Below, piece by piece: positions 1-13,098 of a DNA stretch of 64,000 bases (within the stretch, counting starts at the first letter, position 1; each line of letters starts with the position of its first letter). Source of the DNA: Squalus acanthias. Its lineage: Eukaryota. The position numbers were made by a program, and so were the translations under genes. Location of the stretch: positions 10,478,001 to 10,542,000 of the forward strand of contig CM059432.1 in the NCBI GenBank assembly GCA_030390025.1, written 5' to 3'. A model generated the notes under the pieces. The model had not been told where the DNA came from and searched no databases. It saw only the letters and a program-made list of their open reading frames with translations.

Positions 1-45
1 GAGTTTTAACATTCTCCTGAGAGAGCAGACGGGGCCTCAGTTTAG

Positions 46-1740
46 GTATCACAGGGGGACACAGGGTATCACAGAGATCACAGGGGGTCACAGGGAATCA
101 CAGGGTGTCACAGGAGGGTCACAGGGGCCACAGGGAGTCACAGGGGGTCACAGGGAATCACAGGGAATCACAGGGGTCACAGGGAATCACAGGGGGTCAC
201 AGGGTATCACAGGGAATCACAGGGGTCACAGGGAATCACAGGGAATCACAGGGGTCACAGGGAATCACAGGGTGTCACAGGAGGGTCACAGGGGCCACAG
301 GGAGTCACAGGGAATCACAGGGAATCACAGGGGTCACAGGGAATCACAGGGTGTCACAGGAGGGTCACAGGGGCCACAGGGAGTCACAGGGAATCACAGG
401 GAATCACAGGGGTCACAGGGAATCACAGGGGGTCACAGGGTATCACAGGGAATCACAGGGGTCACAGGGAATCACAGGGGGCCACAGGGAGTCACAGGGG
501 ATCACAGGGGGGTCACAGGGGGTCACAGGGAATCACAGGGAATCACAGGGGTCACAGGGGGGTCACAGGGGGTCACAGGGAATCACAGGGAATCACAGGG
601 GTCACAGGGAATCACAGGGTGTCACAGGAGGGTCACAGGGGCCACAGGGAGTCACAGGGAATCACAGGGAATCACAGGGAATCACAGGGTGTCACAGGAG
701 GGTCACAGGGGCCACAGGGAGTCACAGGGAATCACAGGGAATCACAGGGGTCACAGGGAATCACAGGGGGTCACAGGGTATCACAGGGAATCACAGGGGT
801 CACAGGGAATCACAGGGGGCCACAGGGAGTCACAGGGGATCACAGGGGGGTCACAGGGGGTCACAGGGAATCACAGGGAATCACAGGGGTCACAGGGGGG
901 TCACAGGGGGTCACAGGGTATCACAGGGAATCACAGGGGTCACAGGGAATCACAGGGAATCACAGGGGTCACAGGGAATCACAGGGTGTCACAGGAGGGT
1001 CACAGGGGCCACAGGGAGTCACAGGGAATCACAGGGAATCACAGGGGTCACAGGGAATCACAGGGTGTCACAGGAGGGTCACAGGGGCCACAGGGAGTCA
1101 CAGGGAATCACAGGGAATCACAGGGGTCACAGGGAATCACAGGGGGTCACAGGGTATCACAGGGAATCACAGGGGTCACAGGGAATCACAGGGGGCCACA
1201 GGGAGTCACAGGGGATCACAGGGGGGTCACAGGGGGTCACAGGGAATCACAGGGAATCACAGGGGTCACAGGGGGGTCACAGGGGGTCACAGGGTATCAC
1301 AGGGAATCACAGGGGTCACAGGGAATCACAGGGGGTCACAGGGTATCACAGGGAATCACAGGGGTCACAGGGAATCACAGGGGGCCACAGGGAGTCACAG
1401 GGGATCACAGGGGGGTCACAGGGGGTCACAGGGAATCACAGGGGTCACAGGGAATCACAGGGGGGCCACAGGGAGTCACAGGGGGTCACAGGGAATCACA
1501 GGGGGTCACAGGGTATCACAGGGAATCACAGGGAATCACAGGGGGGTCACAGTGGCCACAGGGAGTAACAGGGGGTCACAGGGGTCACAGGGTATTACAG
1601 GAGGTCACAGGGAATCACAGGGGGTCACAGGGTATCACAGGGGGTCATAAGGAATCACAGGGGGGTCACAGGGAGTCACAGGCTATCACAGGGGGTCACA
1701 GGGGTCACGGGGGGTCACAGGGTATCACAGGGAGTCAAAG
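46..1740. repeat. G-rich minisatellite, 9-11 bp unit TCACAGGG(AA/GG/TA), with higher-order variant blocks
   Basis: Continuous tandem array of TCACAGGG-based units. The variant block GTGTCACAGGAGGGTCACAGGGGCCACAGGGAGT recurs at 105, 272, 351, 619, 689, 986 and 1065. Confidence 0.98.
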
Positions 1741-2039
1741 CTAGCGGCCCTTGAAGTATCAGCTTTTCCTGCCATGCCTTCAGGTTGCTTGCCGCCAAAG
1801 TGCGCCTCCCCTTTAAGAGTTGCGGGTTGCCTTTAAATAGCAGCAGGAATGCCGGAAACTGAAATTAGGCGAGCTGCCAATCAACAGCGGGACTAATGCT
1901 GGCAGCCTTCCTATTTAAACATAATGAGCCACCCCACCTGACCTATTTAACAGCCTTGTCCCGCTCACGTGATGAACGACATGCTGCCGTCGTCGTGGCG
2001 ATTCAAGGCCCGAAAGCGGGCCTACACGAATTTCTACCC
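1741..2039. mobile_element. Right end of a Harbinger-like non-autonomous DNA transposon
   Basis: Ends in GAATTTCTACCC, the reverse complement of a GGG-type TIR similar to GGGCTAGAAATTC at 2045. Confidence 0.45.
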
Positions 2040-2044
2040 ATCAA

Positions 2045-3696
2045 GGGCTAGAAATTCATCTCCTTACCGACACTCGGTAGCACCATGAAATGGCGATAAA
2101 ATGGCGGCCACCGCTCTTTCGCCAGCTGGTGGCGGGTCCCACAACAGCCGCCATATTGTTCTCCCCCTTTGCGCTGCTGGTAACCGGCAGCGCCCTAGAA
2201 AAAAATGGCGGCGTGGTGACGTCAATCGGCGTGCAACGCCGTCTTAACGTCACCAACGCAAACTTCGACCCTCGCGCTGAATTCAGCACTGAGTCCTAAG
2301 CACACCAGGGTAACCGGGAGTGCAAGCAGGCCGGCAGTGGCGATGTCTGCAGTTCTTAAAGGAGCACACACATCATTCAGGTAAGTTTGAATTTAAGGGT
2401 TTGGACTGGGTTTTTTAAATTTTATTGAAGTGGTGGTTTGTTGCAATAGATGTGAAAAGTTTTTTCACTAAGTGTGTAGGGAGTGCTGCTGGATCCTTGC
2501 AAGGGCTCGGATGGTAAATGAAGGCCTTTGAGAAGACAGAACATGCTATGAATACTCAGCAGGTCACGCAACACCCGTGGAGAGAAAAACAGAGTTCACA
2601 TCTCAGGTCGACATGCTGCCTGACCAACTGAGTATTTCCAGCTTTTTATGCTGTCATTTCACATTTACAGCATCCGCTTACAAAGGGAAGAGGAAGACGC
2701 AGAAGTTGAAGATGCAGAAGAGGAGGAAGCTGAAGAGGTGGAATCAGATGGAAGGATGCATCCCAGACAAGGGTGGAGTTGTGCTAATGGGAGGGCGGGA
2801 AAGCAAGAGGTGCATGCCAGAAGGAGGATAATGTATGAGGATACCCACATCTTGTATCCTTTCAGCCCCGCTGCTGGCCAAGGGCTCAACCATGCCCCTG
2901 CCAATAATGGCCAAGATGTGCCTCGTCATTGGTGTAGATTGTTGGTTTTTGAGTGATTTGGGGCTTGTGCATTGAGCAGTGTGTGACACTAGTGGCACTA
3001 GTGGTGCAGTTGGTAGCTGATGAAGATGCATTCACTGACCTTGACCAGTGGTCTGAGGTCCTGAAGCTTCTTTGGGCACTGGAGCCAGGTGGTGGGGGCG
3101 ACACTGCTGGCAGTGACGGCCTCAGTGATGTAGGCCCACATCCTTCTTTCTGGAGGGCCTCCTGGCCCCTGTGGGTAGAGGGCCGCTCTTGCAGGGTTGA
3201 CCCCCCCTGCACAAAGCTGGAGTGCTGCGTGCGAGACCCTCGGTGCCCCTTCCCTGGCTTACTGAGCCTTTTGTGTTAGTGCTGAGGCAGTTTTCCCACT
3301 TGTTGAGGTGAGGAAGGTAATTCAGCTCTTTAAATGTTGGATATTTTTTAAAAGGTAGAAAGGGCTGAAAAACGTATTGATTCACTGCATTTTATTTTGT
3401 ATTGCTTCAGTGTGCATGGCCCCTTTAATTCTCAAACCTCTTCATTACCCACAATTCCCTGCGAGCCCCACTGCTTCGCTCCCAGAGGCTGTGAGAAGCT
3501 GCAACGTCGGACCTGGACAGGAACTTCATCCCGGATCCCTCCAGCAACGCCACCAGGGCGGCGTTGCACGAAAGGTGAGCGCTGCGCCACCTATCTCCAG
3601 GCCCCCCAGACCGATTTCACTCGGTTAGCGTTGCGGCCATTTCCAGCGGCCGTTAACTGCACCGGCAGCTTTGCTGGCGAACAGGAATTTCCCCCC
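2045..3696 (-). mobile_element. Non-autonomous PIF/Harbinger-derived element, family A, copy 1 (degenerate Myb/SANT-like remnant)
   Basis: Termini GGGCTAGAAATTC...GAATTTCCCCCC. A homologous inverted copy lies at 45433-47106. The minus strand at ~3030-3210 carries a frameshifted WLQCPKKL motif. Confidence 0.8.
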
Positions 3697-3844
3697 CTCC
3701 CCCCGCAAATGTTTTATTAGTTATTTTATTCAGTCTTTTGAGACGTGTTAAATGTGCTTCTACTACTTCTCCCCTGTGAGTCTAGAATGTTCTGCTGCCC
3801 ATGTACTGTGTAATATACAGTGACATGACAAAACAAAAGACTAT

Positions 3845-4080
3845 GGCGTTTTTCACCACCTCAGGACGTCCCAAAGCTCTTTACAGCCCAATGAAGTACT
3901 TGTTTGAAGTGTAGTCGCTGTTGTAATGTAGGAAACGCGGCAGCCTATTTGTGCACAGCAAGCTCCCACAAACAGCAATGTGATAATGACCAGATAATCT
4001 GTTTTTAGTGATGTTGATTGAGGGATAAATATTGGCCCCAGGACACCGGGGCTAACTCCCCTGCTCTTCTTCGAAATAAT
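3845..4080 (-). mobile_element. Deu-domain tRNA-SINE fragment (SacSINE1-like)
   Basis: Matches the SINE body repeated throughout the window (CCCTGCTCTTCTTCGAA, GCAAGCTCCCACAAACAGC). Confidence 0.85.
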
Positions 4081-4465
4081 ATCTCATTGAAACGTATAAA
4101 ATTCTGACAGGGCTAGACGGACTGGATGCAGGGAGGATGTTTCCCCTGGCTGGGGGGTCTAGAACCAGGGGTCACAGTCTCAGGATACGGGGTAGGACAT
4201 TTAGGACTGAGATGAGGAGAAATTTCTTCACTCAGTGGGTGGTGAACCTGTGGAATTCTCTACAACAGAAGGCTGTGGAGGCCAAGTCACTGAATATATT
4301 TAAGAAGGAGATGGATGGATTTCTAGACACAAAAGGCATCAAGTGGTATGGGGAGAGAGCGGGAATATGGTATTGAGATAGAGGATCAGCCATGATCATA
4401 TTGAATGGCGGAGCAGGCTCGAAGGGCCGAATGGCCGACTCCTGCTCCTATTTTTCTATGTTTCT
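4081..4465 (+). mobile_element. CR1 LINE 3' end
   Basis: ORF 4137-4376 has the CR1 ORF2 C-terminal motif RRNFFTQ..VNLWNSL, followed by the CR1 3'UTR hairpin (GGAGCAGG...CCTGCTCC) and tail. Confidence 0.92.
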
Positions 4466-4980
4466 AGCTGTGGTACATAAGAACATAAGAATTAGGAGCA
4501 GGAGTAGGCCGTACGACCCCCTCGAGCCTGCTCCGCCATTCAGGAAGTTCATGGCTGATCTTCGCCCTTGATTCCCGTGGTAGTGACTTCCTTCCTGGCC
4601 CCTCTTCCCTGAAGATCCCTCTACTTGCTGTTGCTGCTGCTCCTGTTCCTCCTCTTCCTGCAGCCAAATAAAGCAAGGCCAATATCGCTCCCATTTTGCT
4701 GCAGTGTAAACACCTCCCTGCGTTAAGAGAATGGTTGAAATGGCAACAACAACAAAAATGCAAAAGAGAAAAAAAGCACAATTTCAGCCAGTAAACGCTC
4801 TCAGTAAAAACCTCCTTCAACACTCCACATCGACGCCAATGATGTGACTATTTGCGGGTGTGTGTGCCCCTTTAAATACCGTCCATTACTGACCTGCACC
4901 ACCCAGCGGTACTGAGCGGAGCAGCACTGAAAGTTCACCGTGTTAAAGGTTCTAACTATCAGGAAAGACTGGGGCTCTTT

Positions 4981-5457
4981 AAGAAAGAAAGGCAGACTTG
5001 CATTTATATAGCACCTTTCACGACCACCGGATGTCCCAAAGCGCTTTACAGCCAATGAAGTACTTTTTGAAGTGTAGTCACTGTTGTAATGTAGGAAACG
5101 TGGCAGCCTATTTGTGCACAGCAAGCTCCCACAAACAGCAAAAAATGTGACAATGACCAGATAATCTGTTTTAGTGATGTTGGTTGAGGGGATAAATATT
5201 GGCCAGGACACCGGTGATAACTCCCCTGCTCTTCTTCGAAATTAGTGCCGTGGGATCTTTTACGTCCACCTGAGAGAGCAGACGGGGCCTCGGTTTAATG
5301 TCTCATCCGAAAGATGGCACCTCCAACAGTGCAGCACTCCCTCAGCACTGCACTGGAGTGTCAGCCTAGATTTTTGTGCTCAAGTCTCTGGAGTGGGACT
5401 TGAACCCACAACCTTCATGAACTCCAGAGGCGAGTGTGCTACCCACTGAGCCACGGC
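4981..5457 (-). mobile_element. Full-length Deu-domain tRNA-SINE with L2-type tail
   Basis: Minus-strand tRNA head with A/B boxes (TGGCTCAGTGG, GGTTCAAGTCC), Deu-like core, and tail GCTATATAAATGCAAG(TCTT)n shared with L2 ends in this window. Confidence 0.9.
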
Positions 5458-5840
5458 TAGAAAAGAGAAGGGTGAGAGGTGACCTAATAGAGGTCTTTAA
5501 AATTATGAAGGGGTTTGATAGGATAGACGTAGAAAATTTGTTTCCACTTGTGTGTGAGACTCGAACTAGGGGCCATCAATATAAGTTGGCCACTAATAAA
5601 TCCAATAAGGAATTCAGGAGAAACTTCTTTACCCAGAGAGCGGTGAGAATGTGGAACTCGCTACCACAGGGAGTGGTTGAGGCGAGCAGCATGGATGCAT
5701 TTACAGCGAAGCTAGATAAGCACATGAGGGAGAAAGGAATAGGAGATTATGTTGATGGGGTTCGATGAAGAAGGGTGGGAGGAGGCTCGTGTGGAACCTA
5801 AAACACGGTGCATGGACCAGTTCTACATAATTCTGTGTAA
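5458..5840 (+). mobile_element. CR1 LINE 3' end
   Basis: ORF 5436-5768 LEKRRVRGDLIEVFKIMKG...RRNFFTQRAVRMWNSLP. Confidence 0.92.
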
Positions 5841-7129
5841 AAACTGCACGAACATGGCACCGGGGACTTATTGACATCATACGACTCCAGTTGACATACT
5901 TTAATGAGGCCCCTGACCGTGTCAGGTGGCTGCTCATGTCCAGGCCCCCAACGGTGGGTCGGATTGGCAGCACCGATGGAGCAGCGAGTCCTGTGCGCCC
6001 GTTTTCAGAGCCTTACCGCCCCGTTGCCACCCGAATAAAGGGGGACGACTTTTGACCCCCCCCCCCCCAGTATTTCTGCCAAAGCGCCTTGACCTGAGGA
6101 ACAGGCAATGTCCCGGAGTGTCGTGTGGCCACGTAATTCCGAAGTGAGCTGGGGTTTTTTTTTTATTCAGGATAGCTGGTTATTTTATTTTTGTAAAATG
6201 GAGGTCAATGAAAAAGGGGAAGTGTATCAGGGAACCGATGGTCCAAGTCTTGTTTGCTTTTGGCACGTTATTGCCTGCTGACGGTTTTATTGACACTCGT
6301 CGAAATATAGAGAAGGACAAGAAATCACAAGGTCTGCACGGCTCAGATGGAGGAAGTGTTTACACATCCCCCCCACACACCCCCCCACCCGCAACCTCAT
6401 CATTTAAATATCGCATCATATTACACAAAACGTCATCTGTCTCTCTTGACTTCTGAGCGCAGCCAATGTTTCAAAGCTCTGCTCACTTTTAATTATTGGC
6501 CGAGATTGGCGTGTGGAATACATTTCCAGCCTCGATGTTTATTTCACAGTACTTGAAACTTATCTTTACAAGGAAGATTATTAATGTGGTCCAGATAAAG
6601 AGCAAAAGGAGTTCATCAACACAAGGTACTAAGTTTTATCTGGTTTTTTTTAAGAAACTTGCTGCTCGATTCGGCGATGGAGGTGGCTCAGTTGCAGCTG
6701 TAAATTAGAATGGCGTACGTTATTTTTATGCAGATTTCCAGCCTTGAAGACTGTTATTGCTGTTTGATGAACCTTTTTAGTAGCAGCTTGATCAGCACAA
6801 ATCACAGCTGGCGGCACGCAGTGTGTGTCTCTTTACTCCCAAACAGCTGTAAATTTGCATTCGTTTCATGTCGCGTTGCGGTTCACCAAAAGGCTCATGA
6901 GAAAGCTTCAGAATATTTTATTACGATCCCACCGGGAACAAGAAGATCCCGCTTATGAATGCTTAGCTGCGAGCCGACGTGACAATGGATTCATATCGGG
7001 TTTTCGCTCAGCCAGTATGGACGCTGAGAGTCAGCCTCCTGTCGGCTTCTAGCTATGCAAAAGATGCCCACGCTGTCGCTTTAATAATATCAACGCTTGC
7101 ATCAGGAGGATAAGGGGCAGTTGACAGTG

Positions 7130-7445
7130 TGAGACGTTAAACCCGAGGCCCCGTCTGCCCTCTCAGGTGGATGTAAAAGTTCCCATGGCCACTATTTTTC
7201 AGAAGAGCAGGGGGGAGTTCTCCCCCCGGTGTCCTGGGCCAATATTTATCCCTCAACCAACATCACTACAAACAGATTATCTGCTCATTAGCCTCATTTG
7301 TGGGAGCTTGCTGTGCACAAAATGGCTGCCGCGTTTCCCGACATTACGACAGCGATTGACTTCAAGAGGTACTTCATTGACAGTAAGGCGCTTTGGGATG
7401 TCCCGAGGTCGCGAAAGGCGCGACAGAAATGCAAGTCTTTCTTCA
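7130..7445 (+). mobile_element. Deu-domain SINE, 5'-truncated
   Basis: Same body and tail as 4981-5457. Confidence 0.88.
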
Positions 7446-8186
7446 CATTCGGAGAAAGGCATTCACCTCAAACCCCTGGATGTTCTCTCTCTTGTGCCCT
7501 CTTCATGTTTGCACAGCAAATTTCCACAAGTTCATTGACAGGCCGTGCGTGTCAAAAATCTGTAACCAACAGCCCGAGAAAACCAACTGTTTGCGCTCGC
7601 TGCGAAAACACTCATCCTGTAATCCTACACGCCCACCCCCCTCCCCACCCCCCCTTCCTTCACGCTGTGTCCCCACTGTGTTGCAATCAGAACCCATTCT
7701 ACAACCTCCTCCTCTAGCTCATTCGTCCCCGTGAACTCAAGCACGCGCAACTCCTTATCTTCTTCATTCTGTCCTTCCTCCCAACAATCATCAGGCTTTT
7801 AAAACCCAAGGTAGGTGTCACCTACTTCCTGATTAATGCTGCTTCTTCTCATTTTTATCCCCCCAACCTTGGTTGCCTGCACAGTGCCTCCTGACCCTTT
7901 CACCTCGGTTTCCCGGTAACATCTAAAAGGAAAAGCGGCTGCTGTTATCCGCGGCTCTGGGGCTCTGTGGCTGCAGGGCAACTGCAAATCCCTGATACAG
8001 CTCTCTTGGGAGGTTTCATGCATGATATCGTTTGTCATTGCATATATTCGGATGGGTAATTGAATCATCCCCCCCCTGCATAAAGCCTGATCATCCAAAT
8101 CCAAACAGATTATCCTTGTTTACACTCCCGCCCTGCCGTTGTGTGCCATTTTGCTTTCCACCGCACCAGACATCATTGTGGCTTAC

Positions 8187-9400
8187 TGTAGAGGTTCGCG
8201 TATCTCTGGTAAACAGGATCGACTGCAAACCAATACGGTGGGTATATTTGTGTTTAATCGGAGTTTAGGACGGAATATAACACACTAGTTATACAGCAAA
8301 AACATACGACCGTGACAAGCAGCTGGTACCAGACCCGATCGGACAGACGGCTGGCGTGCACGAACAACTCTTCTTATTCGTTCTCCTTCTGGTCTCACGT
8401 GTCTCTCTCTCTCTCTCTGAAATACCCAAGAGTGTTAGACTAGGGTCCGCATGGGTCCACTCTCTGAAGAGTGTTAGACCACCGTTTCCACTCTTGGGAG
8501 CCCCTCACTCCACGGTCTGAGCTAAGAGTTCTTTAGCTCTTCCTTTTATTCTCTTTTTAGGGGTGGGCCTGAGGTAGAATAATGGACAAGACCATTTAAC
8601 CTATAGAGGTTCCCCTTAAAACAAGGTGCCCAATGGCAGGTCGAGTTATTTGTCTAAACCTACCGATGAAGACCCTCCCTCAAGGGGTCTTCACAACCAT
8701 TACACATGCTTTCTGTACTTCTGTACTTGACCAATCATGGCCTTACAGCATGTTGAGGACTGTCCTCCCTTATCTCATCCGGCCCTTTCCTTCCAAAGCA
8801 ATAGTCTCTTATCTCATCCTGTCTTGTCCCCCCTGGTGCAGCCAGTGCGTGTACCAGGCACAGCTTTGGGCCATTAAATCAGAGGCCCAAGCCAGAGCTG
8901 TCTTACTCAACCAGCCGCCATCCAAACTATCTCCCCTTAATCGAACAGACTATTCCATCCTGGGATGGTACCTTAACTCCCATAAATTCCTTCTATTCTA
9001 TGTCCTTGATACTAATTAACTTTTAATTATCTTCGCAAGCAGCTCTGTTAAACAAACTCCAATTCCTACTTTAGCATTCTAATATGGTTATTAGTAATAA
9101 TGGAGAAACATAGGTTGGGCCTTCACTGGCCAAATTCAAGATACATTAACAAAGTCAGAACCCTAACTTACAAATAACAGACAGCTAGTCTGGAAGGGCA
9201 AGGCAATGCTATGGGCCCCTGTGTGGGATGTTATGCCTCATCTAATCTAACTAACTGAAGACATTTGGTCTCAAAGTCTAATACAAGCCTCCAGGAAAAT
9301 GAAACTTACACAGTTCCAGTAAAACACAACTTATGCATTAACCTCTTACTTGTCTCGAGCATTAATACAATCATTTGAACACAGTATTATTCGTGTTACA
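8187..9400 (-). mobile_element. Possible solo LTR
   Basis: Starts TGTAG with a candidate CA end near 9399, and has a minus-strand AATAAA (TTTATT ~8545). No TSD found, ends uncertain. Confidence 0.3.
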
Positions 9401-9603
9401 GTCTCATTCGCATAACCATATATATTTTTAGGCACCCCTAGTTTCTAGCATTACATAGAATGTACAGCACAGAAACAGGCCATTCGGCCCAACTGGTCCA
9501 TGCTCCACATGAGCCTCCTCCCACCCTAATTCATCTCACCCAGTCAACATATCCTTCTATTCCTTTCTCCATCATGTGTTTATCTAGCTTCAGCTACTTC
9601 TTG

Positions 9604-9868
9604 TGTGTCAGCCATGGCTCAGTTGGTAGCACACTTGCCTCTTAGTCAAGAAGGTTATGGGTTCAAGCCCCACTCCAGCAGACTTGAGCACAAAATCAAG
9701 ACGTACTAAGAGAGCACTGCACTGTCGGAGGTGCCGTCTTTCAGATTGGACATTAAACCGAGGCCCCGTCTGCTCTCTCAGGTGGATGTAAAAGATCCCA
9801 CGGCACCATTTCGAAGAAGAGCAGGGGAGTTATCACCGGTGTCCTGGGCCAATATTTATCCCTCAACC
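9604..9868 (+). mobile_element. Deu-domain SINE 5' part (tRNA head)
   Basis: TGTCAGCCATGGCTCAGTTGGTAGC...GGTTCAAGCCC head followed by the Deu core. Confidence 0.88.
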
Positions 9869-10387
9869 AGCTGACACTGTCCTTCAGATAAGATGTTCCT
9901 TCTATTCTGTCCTGGTTGGTTGATAATGATATCATGACACTAATCTTAGAAATAGAGCTACTTCTCTTCCACCAAGACCTAGATGTAAACAAGGCTTGTG
10001 CTGTAATTGAACAATACTTGGGTAGCTACCGCCAAATGAAATAAACCATGTTTTTACAGATCAAGTTACACACCACCACCATAAAACACATTGGAAGAGT
10101 ACTATCATATCGACAAAAGGCTGAACTACAAGAAGTTAAAAGTATGAATTAGATATTTTTAACAAAAAGCACGATACGAAATTGAACAATGCAAATTTTC
10201 CCTTGATAATTCAAATCAAAACCTGACTGACTTTAATTTGGCATGGGATCATATACAGGAACAAGAGAAACCAGTAAATTATCTGTATTATATACTGTGT
10301 GAAGAGTAGCTATGTTGTATTAAAGAAAACCTTTTCAAAGAGATTAACGATAGCCTATTATAGCATGTTCTTACAGCAAGTGAAAAT

Positions 10388-10772
10388 ATATATCGCGCCT
10401 TTCACGACCTCAGGATGTCCCAAAGCGCTTTACAGCCACTGAAGTACTTTTGAAGTGTAGTCACTGTTGTAATGTGGGAAACGCGGCAGCCAATTTGCGC
10501 ACAGCAAGCTCCCACAAACAGCAATGTCATAATGACCAGATAATCAGTTTTTGTTATATTAATTGAGGGATAAATATTGGCCAGGACACCGGAGAGAACT
10601 CCCCTGCTCTTCTTCGAAATAGTGCCATGGGATCTTTTACATCTACCTGAGAGAGCAGATGGGGCCTCGGTTTAATGTCTCATCCGAAAGACGGCACCTC
10701 CGACAGTGCGGCACTCCCTCAGCACTGCACTGGGAGCGTCAGCCTAGATTTTGTTGTCAAGTCTCTAGTGTG
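10388..10772 (-). mobile_element. Deu-domain SINE
   Basis: Homologous to the other copies. Confidence 0.88.
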
Positions 10773-10915
10773 GGGCCTCACCATTCACATTGTACCCAGC
10801 GCAGCCCAACCCCAACACCGCCCCCACCACACACCCACCCACCCACCCACCCCAGAAATGAGACGCCTGCATTTCTACCTGTCTAAGTCTGTCAGCACCT
10901 AAAAAAAAAGTTAAT

Positions 10916-11677
10916 GGGCCAGAAATTCGGCTGTTGTCGGGTGAGTACGCGCTGTGTACTCACCCGTAAGGCCACCTGAAGTGCCGGTTTCCTGCATGCA
11001 CTGCGCATGCGCGGGAAACCGGAACTTCTATTCCCCTGAAGGGAGGGGTTCAGAGGTGAACCGTTGCGCGGGAGAGGCTGCGCACACGCAGCGAACTTCA
11101 GGTTTTTTTTCAGGTTTCTCCGGGAAGGTAAGTATGGAGAAGCTGCGCTTTTAAAAAGGAGGCGCAAGGCCTGTTTTTAACAAGGTAAGTGGTTAATTAA
11201 TTACAATTTAAAAAAATTTCAACAGGTTTATCTTTTTTAGATACTTTAAAGAAAGGTAAGTTTATTTTTAGCACCGTTAAAAAGTATAATTAATTTTTTC
11301 AAAAATTTAAATTTTTGTTTAAAGTAGTTAATTTATGTAACTTATAGTTATTTTAAAAATGTGATTTAAAAAAAAAATGTATTTGAAGTTTAAGTGTGGT
11401 TTTGGGGCCGATCTCTATTCATAGATTTGACAGGTCTTCCTGTCAAATCTATGAATGAAAATGCCCTGCTAGGATTGGCTCTCCATGGCCCACGTGATCC
11501 CAGGGGACGCTTCGAACTAACTGCGCCCCTGGGACACGCAAGCACTGCGCGCCGGCAGCTGCAGGAGGCCTAGGACCCGAAGTCCTCGTGGGCCCAAAGC
11601 ACAACTGCAGGCGCGGTAGGTAAGTACGCGCGCGATGCTTGCACCCGCAGGAAGCCTGAAAGCTGAATTTCTGGCCC
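10916..11677. mobile_element. Harbinger-type MITE, family C, copy 1
   Basis: TIRs GGGCCAGAAATTC / GAATTTCTGGCCC with 3-bp TSD AAT (10913-15, 11678-80). AT-rich core homologous to 57180-57923. Confidence 0.9.
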
Positions 11678-11839
11678 AATATTTTGGGTTGTCACCATTC
11701 ATTTGTGCATCTGTAACAGTAAAATACAGTTGTTGTTATGAAACTCTCTTTGAGTGGTTTAAGTTCACTAAACTGAAGGTTACAAGAGGAACTGAATAAA
11801 TATAAACAGTAGATGCTGAGATGAACAATCCCCCATTCT

Positions 11840-12545
11840 TACATAGGATATACAGCACAGAAACAGGCCATTAGGCCCAACCAGTCCATGCCGGCGTTTA
11901 TGCTCCACTTGAGCCTCCTCCCGTCTTTCCTCATCTAAATCTATCAGCATAACCCTCTATTCCCCTCTCCCTCATATGCTTCTCTAGCCTCCCCTTAAAT
12001 GAATCTATACTATTTGCTTCAACCACTCCCTGTGGTAGCGAGTTCCACATTCTCACCACTCTTTGGGTAAAGAAGTTTCTTCTGAATTCCCTATTGGATT
12101 TCTTGATGACTATCTTATATTGATGACCTCTAGTCATGCTCTTCCCCACAAGTGGAAACATTCTCTCTCTTTCATAATTTTAAAGACCTCTATTAGGTCA
12201 CCCCTCAGCCTTCTTTTTCAAGAGAAAAGAGACCCAGCCTGTTCATCCTTTCCTGATATGTATACCCTCGCATTTCTGGTATCATCCTTGTAAATCTTCT
12301 CTGCACCCTCACCAGTGCCTCTATATCCTTTTTATAATATGGCGACCAGAATTGTACGCAGTACTCTAAGTGTGGTCTAACCAAGGTTCGATACAGGTTT
12401 AGCATAACTTCCCTACTTTTCAATTCTATCCCTCTAGAAATAAACCCTAGTGCTTGGTTTGCTTTTTTTTATGGCCTTGCTAACCTGCGTCGCAACTTTT
12501 AGTGATTTGTGTATTTGTACTCCGAGATCCCTTTGTTCCTCCACC
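11840..12545 (-). mobile_element. CR1 LINE 3' fragment
   Basis: ORFs 12205-12423 (LVRPHLEYCVQFWSP) and 11931-12161 (RRNFFTQRVVRMWNSLP). Confidence 0.93.
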
Positions 12546-12879
12546 TCCGCAACCTTCTGACTCAGCGGAAAGACTGCTACCAACGGAGTCACGTGGCTTT
12601 CTCGAAGGCATTGACTTCCATGAGTACAATGGTCAACATTCACCCTCTGACACCTCACCACAGGTGGCCATTGTTCATCTTCAGGCCTACACAGGCAGAG
12701 TAGGCAGGCTATGTCATTGTCAGCATCGCAGCCAAAAGCCCAATCCAGCCACACACATGCACTTGGCTGGCAAAGGTTGGTGGCTAGCAATCAGGGTGGG
12801 TGCCCTGGTTGGTTGTCCCTTCCTAGCCAATTATACTGCCATCACCTTAACTCGCCAGAAATTGACATTACAGAGTATT

Positions 12880-13098
12880 TACAGAACAGAAACAGGCTAT
12901 TCGGCCCGACTGGTCCGTGCCGGTGTTTATGCTCCACACCAGCCTCCTCCCACCCTACTTCTTTTCACCCTATCAGCATATCCTTCTATTGATTTCTACA
13001 CCATGTGTTTATCGAGCTTCCTCTTAAATGCATCTATGCTATTCGCCTCGACCACTCCCTGTGGTAGCGAGTTCCACATTCTAACTACTCTGGGTAAA
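12880..13098 (-). mobile_element. CR1 LINE 3' end
   Basis: Homologous to the 3' part of 11840-12070. Confidence 0.85.

Noticed and set aside
105..1744. Three long ORFs (343-490 aa) rich in [10 protein letters not shown]
   Set aside because: The repeat unit lacks stop codons, so all frames are open and give the same peptide. Artefact of the minisatellite.
9604..9680. tRNA gene
   Set aside because: The A/B boxes run straight into a SINE body present in many copies, and there is no proper cloverleaf or terminator.
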